DNA of 64,000 nucleotides from an uncultured Thermoleophilia bacterium (GTDB lineage: Bacteria > Actinomycetota > Thermoleophilia > UBA2241): NCBI GenBank assembly GCA_963717965.1, contig CAVQXS010000003.1:6896-70895 (forward strand), read 5' to 3'. Below, piece by piece: positions 45,861-55,289 of this stretch. Position 1 is the first letter of the stretch. Every line of letters starts with the position of its first letter. The notes below the pieces were generated by a model. The model was not told the origin of the DNA, did not search any database, and was given only the letters and a program-made list of their open reading frames with translations. Both the position numbers and the translations under genes were made by a program.

Positions 45861-46340
45861 ATGAATCCGGTCAACGTGTTCACCGTCAAGACCGAGACCG
45901 ATCCGGAGGACCCGCCGGGGTACGTGGCGCCGCGCGCCAGGCTGGGACCGATGATCGGCGCCGCCATGCTCGGCGGGAGCGTCTACGTGCTTGCGCCGGG
46001 CGAGTCCGTGTGCCCGTATCACTTCGAGTTCGGCTCAGAGGAGTGGCTCCTGGTGCTCGCGGGGCGGCCGACGCTGCGCCGGGCCGCCGAGGGCGGCGAG
46101 CTCGAGGAGGCGCTGGAGCCGGGCGACACCGTCTGCTTCCCGCCCGGCCCTGCCGGCGCGCACAAGGTGACCAACGGCAGTGACGAGGCGGTCCGCATCC
46201 TCATGCTCTCCACCATGCCGGAGGTCGACATCAGCTACTACCCCGACAGCGAGAAGTACGGGGTGTGGCCCGGCGACGGCCACCCCGGCTTCCTCGTCCG
46301 CCGAGAGAACGAGGTCGACTACTACGACGGCGAGCGGTGA
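45861..46340 (+). CDS. Cupin domain protein
   Basis: ATG 45861 after AGGAGGAG. PYHFEFGSEEWLLVLAGRPTL...GDTVCFPPGPAGAHKVTN shows the two cupin motifs. Confidence 0.75.
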   Translation: MNPVNVFTVKTETDPEDPPGYVAPRARLGPMIGAAMLGGSVYVLAPGESVCPYHFEFGSEEWLLVLAGRPTLRRAAEGGELEEALEPGDTVCFPPGPAGAHKVTNGSDEAVRILMLSTMPEVDISYYPDSEKYGVWPGDGHPGFLVRRENEVDYYDGER

Positions 46341-46356
46341 GGGGAGGATCGCGCCG

Positions 46357-47679
46357 GTGAGCATGCACGAGCCCACGGAACGGGACGCGGCGGCGGGACG
46401 CGAGCTGATGGAGTGGGCGCTCGCTCGCCTCGGCGACCGCAGGGGCATCCTCCCGCCCGCGGCGGCCACCGGCCCGCTGCCGTCACTCGCCGCCGAGGGG
46501 ATCGGCACCGAGGCGGCCTGGCACGTCCTGCGCGACGCCGTCATCCCGACGGCGATCCCTCCGGACCACCCGCGCTACTTCGCCTTCGTGCCGGGCACGC
46601 CGACGGTCGCCGCGGCGCTCGGCGACATGGCGCTGTCCGCGGCGATGATCTACGGCGGCAGCCGCCTCGAGGCCGGCGCGGCCGTCGAGGCGGAGGACGC
46701 CGTGCTGCGCTGGCTGGCGGACGCCGCCGGCTTCCCCGCCGGCGCCGGCGGCACCTTCGTGAGCGGCGGCTCGATCGCCAATCTGAGTGCCCTGGTGGCG
46801 GCGCGCGGCGGGGCGCCGAGCCGGCGCTTCATCGTCGCCGGCGCCTCGGCGCACTCGTCGATGGCCGCCGCCGCCCACATCATGGGCTGCGACCTGATCA
46901 CGGCGCCCGCCGCCGACGAGCACGGGCGCCTCACCGGTGCCGTCCTGGAGGCGGCGCTCGCCGGCCTGGACCCCGACGGCGTCGTCGCCGTCGTCGCCAC
47001 CGCCGGGGCGACGAACACCGGCGCCTTCGACGACCTCGAGGGCGTCGCCGGCGTGTGTGCCGCGCACGGCCTCTGGCTCCACGTGGACGGCGCCTACGGC
47101 GGCGGCGCGCTTCTCTCGCCCCGTACCCGGCCCCTGCTGGACGGCATCGAGCGCGCCGACTCGTTCATCGTCGACCCGCACAAGATGCTCTACACGCCGT
47201 TCGACTGCGCCGCGCTGGTCTACCGCGACTGCAGCGCAGCGCGGCGCGCCCTCACCCAGACGGCCGACTACCTCGACCCCATCGGAGACGAGGTGACAGG
47301 TAATCCGTCGGACCTCGCCGTGCACCTGACGCGGCGGGTGCGCGGCCTGCCCCTGTGGGCGTCGGTCCTCGCCTACGGCACCGACGCCTACGCCGCCGCC
47401 GTCGACCACTGCGTCGAGATGACGGGGTACGCCGCCGGCCTGGTCGAAGCGGCGGAGGCGCTCGAGCTCGTGATCGAGCCGGCGTTCACGGTGCTCCTGG
47501 TGCGCCGGCTCGGCTGGTCCGCCGACGAGTACGCCGCGTGGTGCGCCGACGCCCTCCGACGGGGCGTGGCCATGGTCATGCCGACCAAGCACCGCGGCGA
47601 GACCGTCCTGCGCCTCTGCTTCGTCAACCCCCTGACGACACGCGAGGACGTCGAGCTGGTGCTCGCGGACCTCGGCTGA
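46357..47679 (+). CDS. Group II PLP-dependent decarboxylase (second copy in the window)
   Basis: GTG 46357 lies 8 nt after GGGGAGGA. HPRYFAFVPGTPT, GGSIANLSAL, WLHVDGAYGG, and the PLP lysine context VDPHKMLYTPFD. Confidence 0.8.
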   Translation: MSMHEPTERDAAAGRELMEWALARLGDRRGILPPAAATGPLPSLAAEGIGTEAAWHVLRDAVIPTAIPPDHPRYFAFVPGTPTVAAALGDMALSAAMIYGGSRLEAGAAVEAEDAVLRWLADAAGFPAGAGGTFVSGGSIANLSALVAARGGAPSRRFIVAGASAHSSMAAAAHIMGCDLITAPAADEHGRLTGAVLEAALAGLDPDGVVAVVATAGATNTGAFDDLEGVAGVCAAHGLWLHVDGAYGGGALLSPRTRPLLDGIERADSFIVDPHKMLYTPFDCAALVYRDCSAARRALTQTADYLDPIGDEVTGNPSDLAVHLTRRVRGLPLWASVLAYGTDAYAAAVDHCVEMTGYAAGLVEAAEALELVIEPAFTVLLVRRLGWSADEYAAWCADALRRGVAMVMPTKHRGETVLRLCFVNPLTTREDVELVLADLG

Positions 47680-47687
47680 CCGCCGCG

Positions 47688-48522
47688 ATGCTGGCGGCGC
47701 TCCTCTCCCTCGCGGCCAGCTTCTCGTGGGGGACGTCCAACTACCTCGCCGGCGTCGAGAGTCGCCGCCGCTCGGTCTGGCACGTGACGGCGCTGAGCCA
47801 GATCGTGGGGGCGGCGGCGGCCGGCGTCGTGGTGGTCGTCGCCGGGCAGGCCCCTCCGAACGCGTGGGACGTCGGCGTGCTGGTCAGCGCCGGTGTCCTC
47901 GCGGCGGTCGGCCTCGTCGCCTTCTACCGGGCGCTGGCCATCGGCACCATGAGCGTCGTGTCCCCCATCATCGCCGCGCGAGGTGCTGATCCCGGTCACT
48001 GCCGGGCTCCTGCAAGGCGAGCGCCCCGGCCTGCCCGCCTACGCCGGCATGAGCCTCACCGTCGGCGGAGTGATCCTCGTCTCGTGGGCGCGGCGCGGCA
48101 GAGGCGATCGCGTCCACCTGTCGGCCGTCCTGCTGGCCGTCCTCGCCGCGGCGTGCTGGGGGTTCCTGCTCCTCGCCTTCGGCATCAGCGGAGAGGACAG
48201 CCCGTACTGGGCCGTGTTCGACGCGCGGATCGCGTCCGCCGTCGTCCTGGTGCTGTACGTGCTCGCCACCGGGCGAGGCCTGCCTCTTGCGGGGCAGAAC
48301 CTGCCCGCGCTCGCCCTCGTCGGCCTGCTGCTGACCGCCGCCAACATCCTCTTCACCCTGGCGGCGGGCCGCGGCGACCTGAGCATCGTCGCCATCCTCG
48401 GGTCGCTCTCGCCGGTGGTCGTGACCGCCTACGCCCAGGTGCTGCTGCGCGAGCGGCTGACGCCGCGGCAGTGGACTGGGTTCGCCGCCGTCTTCGCGGG
48501 AGTGGTGCTGCTCGCCGTGTGA
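47688..48522 (+). CDS. EamA/DMT family transporter; frame break mid-gene as assembled
   Basis: First half from ATG 47688 (MLAALLSLAASFSWGTSNYLAG...MSVVSPIIAA) is in the frame of ORF 47355..48596. The second half is ORF 47983..48522 (VLIPVTAGLLQGERPG...). Confidence 0.7.
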
Positions 48523-48552
48523 GCGGAACCGGCGCGACGGCGACGCCGAGCG

Positions 48553-48783
48553 TCAGGGTCCACCGATCCCACCTCGAAACCCGCCGTCGTCCATGATGCG
48601 CACTTCGTCGGGCAGCACAAGACCGTCGGTGTCGAGGATCTGGTCGACATTGGCACTGGCGCCGGTCGCCCGGCCGATGCGTCCGCCGAGGTACCAGACG
48701 AGGCTGAACAGCAGCCAGACGACGACGCTGACGGCAACGAACGTCGCCGGGTAGACGAGGAGGATGGGTACGTCGATGGCCAT
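48553..48783 (-). CDS. Small membrane protein (76 aa)
   Basis: MAIDVPILLVYPATFVAVSVVVWLLFSLVWYLGGRIGRATG has one TM helix. Its architecture resembles the next small ORF. Confidence 0.5.
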   Translation of the reverse strand: MAIDVPILLVYPATFVAVSVVVWLLFSLVWYLGGRIGRATGASANVDQILDTDGLVLPDEVRIMDDGGFRGGIGGP

Positions 48784-48847
48784 ACTTCAGTTGTTCCCGA
48801 CCGCGGCGGACGTCAGCCCTTGCCGGGTCCGGCGCTCCGTTCCCGCG

Positions 48848-49066
48848 TCAGCCGTTCCCGCCGGCGCCCGGGTGCTGGTTGGTGTACTTCACCCGGTCTT
48901 CCGGCGACATGTCCGCATCGCCGACGTCGAGGAAGTGCGCCGCGTGGCGACCGGCACGCGTACCGCCGAAGACATGAGTCAGCACCCACCAAGCCGCGCC
49001 GATGAGCACCACGCCCACGAGAACGAGGAGCGGGATTAGTCCGGTGGCGAAGTCGATCCCGACCAT
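48848..49066 (-). CDS. Small membrane protein (72 aa)
   Basis: ATG 49066. MVGIDFATGLIPLLVLVGVVLIGAAWWVLTHVFGGTRAGRHA. These are the last 72 codons of ORF 48848..49558, immediately downstream of typA. Confidence 0.5.
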   Translation of the reverse strand: MVGIDFATGLIPLLVLVGVVLIGAAWWVLTHVFGGTRAGRHAAHFLDVGDADMSPEDRVKYTNQHPGAGGNG

Positions 49067-49155
49067 GAACGGAGTATACACCGGTCGTCCGCGTCGGGAG
49101 GTGGGAGGCCGAGGGCTCGCCGCGGCGCTCGTCAGGGCCTTCGCGGGTCGCGGCG

Positions 49156-51120
49156 TCAGGCCTCGAGCGCCCCGCGTTTCTCGAACTTCTTGCGCTGCTC
49201 GGTGCTCAGGATGTGCTTGCGCACGCGCACGGTCTTCGGCGTCACCTCGACGAGCTCGTCGTCGGCGATCCACTCGAGCGCGCTCTCCAGGGTGATCGGG
49301 CGAGGCACCTTGAGGCCGGCGTCGATCTCCTTGGTGGACGAGCGGTAGTTGCCGAGCTGCTTGCGCTTGGTGGGGTTGCAGAGCATGTCGTCGCTGCGCG
49401 AGTTCTCGCCGACGATCATGCCCTCGTAGACCGGGGTCATGTTGCCGACGAACAGCGTCGCGCGCTGCTGGAGGTTCTCGAGCGAGTAGCCGGCGGCCTC
49501 GCCGCCGGTCTGGCTGACGAGCGAGCCGCGCTCGCGGCCGGGGAGCTCGCCCCGCCACGGGCCGTAGCCCGTGAAGCGCGAGCTCATCACGCCGAGGCCG
49601 CGCGTCTCGGTGAGGAAGTCGTTGCGGTAGCCGATCAGGCCGCGGGTGGAGATGGTGAACTCGAGGCGCACGAGGCCGGTCCCGGTCGACTCGACGCCCA
49701 CCAGCTCGCCCTTGCGCAGGCTGAGCTCCTGGATGACCGTGCCCTGGTACTCCTCGGGGACGTCGATGATCAGCTGCTCCATCGGCTCGAGGAGCTTGCC
49801 GTGGTTGTCCCGGTGGGTGATGACCTCGGGGCGGCTGACGCAGAGCTCGAGGCCCTCGCGGCGCATCTCCTCGATGAGGATGGCGAGGTGCAGCTCGCCG
49901 CGGCCGCTCACCTTGACGCCGTCGGGGCGGCCGAGGTCCTCGACGCGGAGTGCGACGTTGACGCGCAGCTCGCGCTCCAGCCGGTCCTTGATCTGGCGCA
50001 GCGTCGCCGCGCGGCCGTCCTGGCCGGCGAACGGGCCGTTGTTGACGAGGAAGAACATGCTGACCGTGGGCTCCTCGATCTCGAGCGGCGGGAGCGCCGC
50101 GGCGGACGCCTCCAGCTCGGGCGAGGCGAGCGTATCGCCGAGGGTGATGTCGTCGGGGCCCGCGAGCCAGACGATGTCGCCGGCGGAGGCCTCTTCGACT
50201 TCGCGGTTCTCGAGGCCGCGCGTGACCCAGAGGTGCGTCACGCGCGCGGCCTGCGCGCCGGTGAACTCCCAGCCGGCGTCCGGGTCGCCGATCTCGAGGT
50301 GGCGCGTGGTGATGCGCTGCACCTCGTCGCCGACCTTGAGGCCACCGGCGAGCACGCGCCCGCAGCCGATGCGGCCGATATAGTCGCTCCAGGCGAGGGT
50401 GCTGACCTGCATCAGGAACGGCGCGTTCTGATCGACCTGCGGCGCCGGCACCTCGGAGACGATCGTCTCGAAGAGGTCGTTCATGCTCGCGTCGGCCAGC
50501 TCCTTGAGCAGCGCCGGCGAGAGCGTCCCCCCGTCGGCCAGGTGCTCCTCACGCTCGCGCTCTTCCTTCTGGTACTCGTCGAGATCGCTGACGATCCAGC
50601 CCTCGAGGCCCGAGCCGTAGAGCACGGGGAAGTCGAGCTGCTCGTTGTTCGCCCCGAGCTCGACGAAGAGGTCGAAGGTCTTGTCCAGGGCGCCGGACGG
50701 GTCGGCGTTGGGCCGGTCGGCCTTGTTGACGATGACGATCGGCCGCAGCCCGAAGCTCAGAGCTCGCATGAGCACGTAGCGCGTCTGGGGCATCGGGCCC
50801 TCATTCGCGTCCACCAGGAGCAGCACCGAGTCCACCATGCTGAGCACCCGCTCGACCTCGCCACTGAAGTCGGCGTGGCCGGGGGTGTCGATGATGTTGA
50901 TGAGGTAGTCCTTCCACTCCACCGTGCAGTGCTTGGAGCGGATGGTGATGCCGCGCTCGCGCTCGAGGTCGTTGCTGTCCATCACGCGCTCGTCGACGTG
51001 CGCGTTCTCGCGGAACACGTGCGCGGCGCGGAAGATGCTGTCGATCAGCGTCGTCTTGCCGTGGTCGATGTGGGCGATGATGGCGAGGTTGCGGATCGTG
51101 GACGCGGCGTGCACGGTCAT
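49156..51120 (-). CDS. typA: Translational GTPase TypA/BipA
   Basis: G1 [10 protein letters not shown]3 DTPGHADF, G4 NKAD, and full EF-G-like domains II-V. It carries a charged ~30-aa insertion [34 protein letters not shown]. Confidence 0.95.
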   Translation of the reverse strand: MTVHAASTIRNLAIIAHIDHGKTTLIDSIFRAAHVFRENAHVDERVMDSNDLERERGITIRSKHCTVEWKDYLINIIDTPGHADFSGEVERVLSMVDSVLLLVDANEGPMPQTRYVLMRALSFGLRPIVIVNKADRPNADPSGALDKTFDLFVELGANNEQLDFPVLYGSGLEGWIVSDLDEYQKEEREREEHLADGGTLSPALLKELADASMNDLFETIVSEVPAPQVDQNAPFLMQVSTLAWSDYIGRIGCGRVLAGGLKVGDEVQRITTRHLEIGDPDAGWEFTGAQAARVTHLWVTRGLENREVEEASAGDIVWLAGPDDITLGDTLASPELEASAAALPPLEIEEPTVSMFFLVNNGPFAGQDGRAATLRQIKDRLERELRVNVALRVEDLGRPDGVKVSGRGELHLAILIEEMRREGLELCVSRPEVITHRDNHGKLLEPMEQLIIDVPEEYQGTVIQELSLRKGELVGVESTGTGLVRLEFTISTRGLIGYRNDFLTETRGLGVMSSRFTGYGPWRGELPGRERGSLVSQTGGEAAGYSLENLQQRATLFVGNMTPVYEGMIVGENSRSDDMLCNPTKRKQLGNYRSSTKEIDAGLKVPRPITLESALEWIADDELVEVTPKTVRVRKHILSTEQRKKFEKRGALEA

Positions 51121-51380
51121 ATCTCTCTGTCGGGGTGGCTGCTGGCGGGGCGCGGCGGCTCGAAGGCTGCCGTCTGACGTCCGAACGCCCGGCGGGACTG
51201 CGCCGGCCGGGCGGTCTATCCAGTGTACACGCGCGAGGCCGCCGCGTCGCCCCGCGCCCTGCGACGGCCTCGGGGAGAGCCGCCGTCGACGTCGAGGAAG
51301 CGGTCGGCCCTCTCGTCGGGGCCGGTGACCTGCCCGGCCACCGCTTCCCGGCCGGCCACCCTCCGACCGCTCCCGGCCGG

Positions 51381-51761
51381 CTACAGGTAGAAGATGATCG
51401 CGACCGCCGCCGCGATCGCCGGCGGCGCGGCGGCCCAGAGGAAGGCGAAGCCGGCCGCGAGATCCTCGGCACGGGCCTCGGCGGCCATGTCCGCATCCGG
51501 CTCAAAGGCGCTCTCCTGCGCAGCGAGCTTCTCGGGATCGAGCGGCCCCGCCCAGCGTGCGGCGGAGACGCGCGCCCGGCCGGGTGGCCGCCGCTCGTCG
51601 GCGCCGGTCACCGAACCCCTGAACAGTACGAGCAGCAGGCCGGCGACCGCCCCGTTGGCGATTGCGAACCAGGTCCAGTCCCAACCGATCACGAGCAGTA
51701 CGGCAGCCACGGCGGCCACCAGACCACAGCCCACCGCCATCGGCACCAGCGCTCTCATCAT
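51381..51761 (-). CDS. Hypothetical membrane protein
   Basis: ATGATG 51761 after GGAGGAG. Two N-terminal TM helices (ALVPMAVGCGLVAAVAAVLLVIGW, FAIANGAVAGLLLVLF) and one C-terminal TM helix. Confidence 0.55.
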   Translation of the reverse strand: MMRALVPMAVGCGLVAAVAAVLLVIGWDWTWFAIANGAVAGLLLVLFRGSVTGADERRPPGRARVSAARWAGPLDPEKLAAQESAFEPDADMAAEARAEDLAAGFAFLWAAAPPAIAAAVAIIFYL

Positions 51762-51850
51762 GGCTCCTCCTTCCGCCTTCCCGCATTGTAGTCTCCTCCG
51801 GGTCTCCCGCGGTCGCGCCCGGGCGCGGACCGGCCGCCTCCAACGCAGTC

Positions 51851-51904
51851 GACGCCACGCCGCAACTGAGTAGAATGAGGACAAGCCTCATGGCACGTGG
51901 CGTC
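51851..51904. promoter_or_regulatory. Nested inverted repeat upstream of the AOR cluster
   Basis: GACGCCACG (51851-51859) / CGTGGCGTC (51896-51904), perfect 9 bp. It encloses an inner TGAGG...CCTCA stem and lies about 220 nt upstream of 52127. Confidence 0.35.
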
Positions 51905-52126
51905 TCTGACGTGCCGACGACGAGAGGACCCCGTGGACACCCGGATGAATGGGCGCGGGTATCCGGCACCGCCGGTGCGCATCGCCGTTCGAGGACCGTC
52001 TGCCGTCACAGGCGCGGTCCCCGGCGACTGCGCGCTCTTTGCCCTCCCTCCGCCGCCATCCCCCGACGGTCGCCGCCGCCAGGCAGCGCCGCCTCGTTCC
52101 CCGCACCCGTCAACCGAGGAGAGGCC

Positions 52127-52609
52127 ATGGCCAAGGTACTGATGATCCATCCAGACAAGTGCACCGGCTGCCGGAACTGCGAGCTCGCCTGCTCCTTCGA
52201 GCACGAGAAGCAGTTCCGCCCGGGCGCATCGCGCGTGCAGGCCTACACCTGGGAGCGCGAGGGTATGTCGGTGCCGATGATGTGCCAGCAGTGCGACGAC
52301 GCGGCGTGCGTCACCGTCTGTCCTACCGGGGCGATGCACTACAGCACCGCGATGGCGAACCTCGTCGACTGGGACGCGAACACCTGCATCCGCTGCAAGA
52401 TGTGCACCATCGCCTGTCCCTTCGGCAACGCGCGCTACGACGCCTCCTCGAGCAGCATCTTCAAGTGCGACAACTGCCAGGGGGCGCCCGAGTGCGTGAC
52501 CTTCTGCCCCAACGGAGCGCTCGAGTTCGTCGACGACGAGCAGCACGTGCGCTCGCGCAAGAAGGCCTACGCGGCCAAGTTCAAGGACGCCTTCCAGGAG
52601 GTGAGCTGA
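52127..52609 (+). CDS. Poly-ferredoxin Fe-S subunit (AorA/DmsB-like, four [4Fe-4S] motifs)
   Basis: ATG 52127 after GAGGAGAGG. CTGCRNCELAC, CQQCDDAACVTVCP, CIRCKMCTIACP, CDNCQGAPECVTFCP. Confidence 0.85.
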   Translation: MAKVLMIHPDKCTGCRNCELACSFEHEKQFRPGASRVQAYTWEREGMSVPMMCQQCDDAACVTVCPTGAMHYSTAMANLVDWDANTCIRCKMCTIACPFGNARYDASSSSIFKCDNCQGAPECVTFCPNGALEFVDDEQHVRSRKKAYAAKFKDAFQEVS

Positions 52610-52610
52610 G

Positions 52611-54416
52611 ATGTTCGGCTGGACCGGCACGATCCTCCGCGTCGACCTCACCAAGGGGAAGGTCTCACGAGAAGCCACTGATCCGAAGATCGCCCGCGAC
52701 TTCCTGGGCGCCCGCGGCCTCGGCGGCCACATCATCCGCTCCGAGGTCGACCCCAACGCCGACGCCCTCGGCCCCGACAACAAGCTCGTCTTCGCACCGG
52801 GGCCGCTGACCGGCACCTTCGCGCCGTCGGCCGGGCGCTTCGACGTCTGCACCAAGGGCCCGCTCAACGACACGCTCGCCGGCTCCAACTCGGGTGGCAC
52901 GTTCGGCCCGGAGGTGAAGTACGCGGGCTACGACGCGATCGTGATCGAGGGCAAGGCGGCCAAGCCCGTCTACCTGTGGATCAAGGATGACCAGGTCGAG
53001 ATCCGCGACGCGGCCGCGATCTGGGGCCACGACACCGCCGACACGACCGACCTCGTGCGCGCCGAGACCGACGAGGAGGCGAAGGTGTCCTGCATCGGTC
53101 CGGCCGGCGAGCACCTCTCGCTCATCGCCAACATCATGAACGAGATGCACCGGGCGGCCGGCCGCACCGGCGTCGGCGCGGTGATGGGCGCCAAGAACCT
53201 CAAGGCCGTCGCCGTGTCCGGCAGCGGCGCCGTCAAGGTCGCCGACCCCGAGGGCTTCAAGGCCGCGGTGATGAAGTCCCGTCAGATGATCCAGGCGCAC
53301 CCCGTCGGCGGAGCCGGTCTCAAGGCCTACGGCACCGACGTGCTGATCAACATCCTCAACCAGACCGGCGCCCTGCCGACGCGTAACTTCCAGGACGGCT
53401 ACTTCCCCACCGCCGACAAGATCGGCGGCGAGTCGCTGGCGGCGAAGCAGCTGATCCGCCCCAAGGGCTGCTTCAGCTGCATCATCAGCTGCGGCCGGGT
53501 GACGAAGGTCGACAACCCGGCCTACGCGGGTTCCGGCGAAGGCCCCGAGTACGAACCTGCCTGGGCGTTCGGCGCCGACTGCGGCGTCGACGACCTCGAC
53601 GCCATCACGAAGGCGTCCTATCTGTGCAACGAATACGGGCTCGACGCGATCTCCATGGGCACGACCGTGGCCTGCGCGATGGAGCTCTTCGAGCGCGGCA
53701 TCATCACCGCCAAGGACACGGACGGCGTGCAGCTCACCTTCGGCAACGCCGCCGCGATGGTCGAGATGGTGCGCAAAGCAGGCGAGGGCGAAGGCTTCGG
53801 CGCCAAGCTGGCGCAGGGCTCGTACCGTCTCGCGGAGAGCTACGGTCATCCGGAGTACTCGATGACCTGCAAGAAGCAGGAGATGCCCGCCTACGACCCG
53901 CGCGGCGTGCAGGGCATCGGCCTCAACTACGCGACCGGCAACCGCGGCGGCTGCCACGTGCGCGGGTACACCATCGCCATCGAGGTGCTGCAGAACGGCG
54001 CCGTCATGGACCCGCACGTCACCGAGGGCAAGGCCGGGCTGGACATCACCTTCCAGGACCTCACCGCGGCGCTGGACTCCAGCGGCGCCTGCCTGTTCGC
54101 GACCTTCGGCATCGGTGGCGCCGAGCTCGTCGAGATGCTCGCCGCCCTCACCGGCGTCGACTACACGCTCGACGAGTTCATGCTCATCGGCGCACGTATC
54201 TGGAACCAGGAGCGGCTGTGGAACCTCAAGGCCGGCTTCACCAAGGCGGACGACACGCTGCCGCAGCGTCTCCTCACTGACCCGATCAAGACCGGCCCGT
54301 CCAAGGGTGAGATCAGCCACCTCGACGAGATGCTGCCGGAGTACTACGCGCTCCGCGGCTGGGACGAGGCCGGGGTGCCCACCAAGGCGAAGCTCAAGGA
54401 ACTGGCTCTGCACTGA
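52611..54416 (+). CDS. Aldehyde:ferredoxin oxidoreductase family (tungsten/molybdopterin) catalytic subunit
   Basis: MFGWTGTILRVDLTKGKV... is an AOR N-terminal domain. The cluster ligands are in KGCFSCIISCGR, and the body is a full-length AOR. The start lies 2 nt after the Fe-S subunit stop. Confidence 0.9.
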   Translation: MFGWTGTILRVDLTKGKVSREATDPKIARDFLGARGLGGHIIRSEVDPNADALGPDNKLVFAPGPLTGTFAPSAGRFDVCTKGPLNDTLAGSNSGGTFGPEVKYAGYDAIVIEGKAAKPVYLWIKDDQVEIRDAAAIWGHDTADTTDLVRAETDEEAKVSCIGPAGEHLSLIANIMNEMHRAAGRTGVGAVMGAKNLKAVAVSGSGAVKVADPEGFKAAVMKSRQMIQAHPVGGAGLKAYGTDVLINILNQTGALPTRNFQDGYFPTADKIGGESLAAKQLIRPKGCFSCIISCGRVTKVDNPAYAGSGEGPEYEPAWAFGADCGVDDLDAITKASYLCNEYGLDAISMGTTVACAMELFERGIITAKDTDGVQLTFGNAAAMVEMVRKAGEGEGFGAKLAQGSYRLAESYGHPEYSMTCKKQEMPAYDPRGVQGIGLNYATGNRGGCHVRGYTIAIEVLQNGAVMDPHVTEGKAGLDITFQDLTAALDSSGACLFATFGIGGAELVEMLAALTGVDYTLDEFMLIGARIWNQERLWNLKAGFTKADDTLPQRLLTDPIKTGPSKGEISHLDEMLPEYYALRGWDEAGVPTKAKLKELALH

Positions 54417-54494
54417 GGGGGCCGCGCCGGGCGGCAGACGAGCTGCGCAGCAGCTCCGCAGGCCGCCCGGCGCCCCCGCAGTGGAGCACCTACG

Positions 54495-54767
54495 ATGATC
54501 GTCAAGTACTTCGCGACCGTCCGGAGCTACACGGGCGAAAACGAACGACGCGTCGACGACCCGCCGGTCACGCTCGGGCCACTACTCGAGACGCTGGCGG
54601 CGCGCTACGGCGCGTCGTTCCGGCGCGCCGTGTTCACCGGCGACGAGCTCAGTCCCGAGATCATCATCCTGGTGAACGGGCGCAACGTCGTCTACTCGGG
54701 ACGCCTGCAAGCACCGCTGGCCGCGGACGACGAGGTCTCGATCTTCCCCATGGTGGCCGGCGGATGA
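54495..54767 (+). CDS. MoaD/ThiS-family small sulfur-carrier-like protein
   Basis: 90 aa with a beta-grasp pattern, ending ...IFPMVAGG (C-terminal Gly-Gly). Confidence 0.8.
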   Translation: MIVKYFATVRSYTGENERRVDDPPVTLGPLLETLAARYGASFRRAVFTGDELSPEIIILVNGRNVVYSGRLQAPLAADDEVSIFPMVAGG

Positions 54768-54776
54768 CCCGCGGAG

Positions 54777-55289
54777 ATGGGCAGGGAGGATGCGACCGTG
54801 AGTGAGAGCCAGGCCAACGAGACCAGCCGTGTGGCGACCGTCCTGGCTCGCTACGCGCGCCGCGACCCGGGCGACCTCGTCAACATCCTGCACGACCTGC
54901 AGGCCGAGTTCCGCTACCTCACCGAGGCGGCGTTGCGGGAGACGGCGTCCTACCTGAGGCTGCCGCGCGCGCAAGTGTACGGGGTGGCCAGCTTCTACCA
55001 CGGCTTCCACACCGAGCCGCGCGGCGAGCACACCTGCACCGTGTGCGTGGGTACCGCCTGCCACGTGCGCGGCGCGCCGCGACTCCTCGAGCAGCTCGAG
55101 CGAGACACCGGGATCGCCGCGGGCGGGACGACGCCGGATTTGTCGCTGAACCTCGAAGAAGTCGGCTGCGTGGGCGCGTGCGCCATCGGCCCCCTCGTCA
55201 TCATCGACGGCGACATCCACGGTCACATGACGGCCGACGACCTCTCCCGCAGGATCGGCAAGCTCCTCGAGAAGCGGGAGCAGCAATGA
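54777..55289 (+). CDS. NuoE/HydC-like [2Fe-2S] thioredoxin-fold subunit
   Basis: ILHDLQAEFRYL, CVGTACHVRG, CVGACAIGPLVIIDG. Confidence 0.85.
   Translation: MGREDATVSESQANETSRVATVLARYARRDPGDLVNILHDLQAEFRYLTEAALRETASYLRLPRAQVYGVASFYHGFHTEPRGEHTCTVCVGTACHVRGAPRLLEQLERDTGIAAGGTTPDLSLNLEEVGCVGACAIGPLVIIDGDIHGHMTADDLSRRIGKLLEKREQQ

Noticed and set aside
51905-52126. Moco/Tuco riboswitch upstream of the AOR genes.
   Set aside because: Some stems are present, but I could not align the conserved Moco motif segments. It is kept only as an unclassified structured leader.
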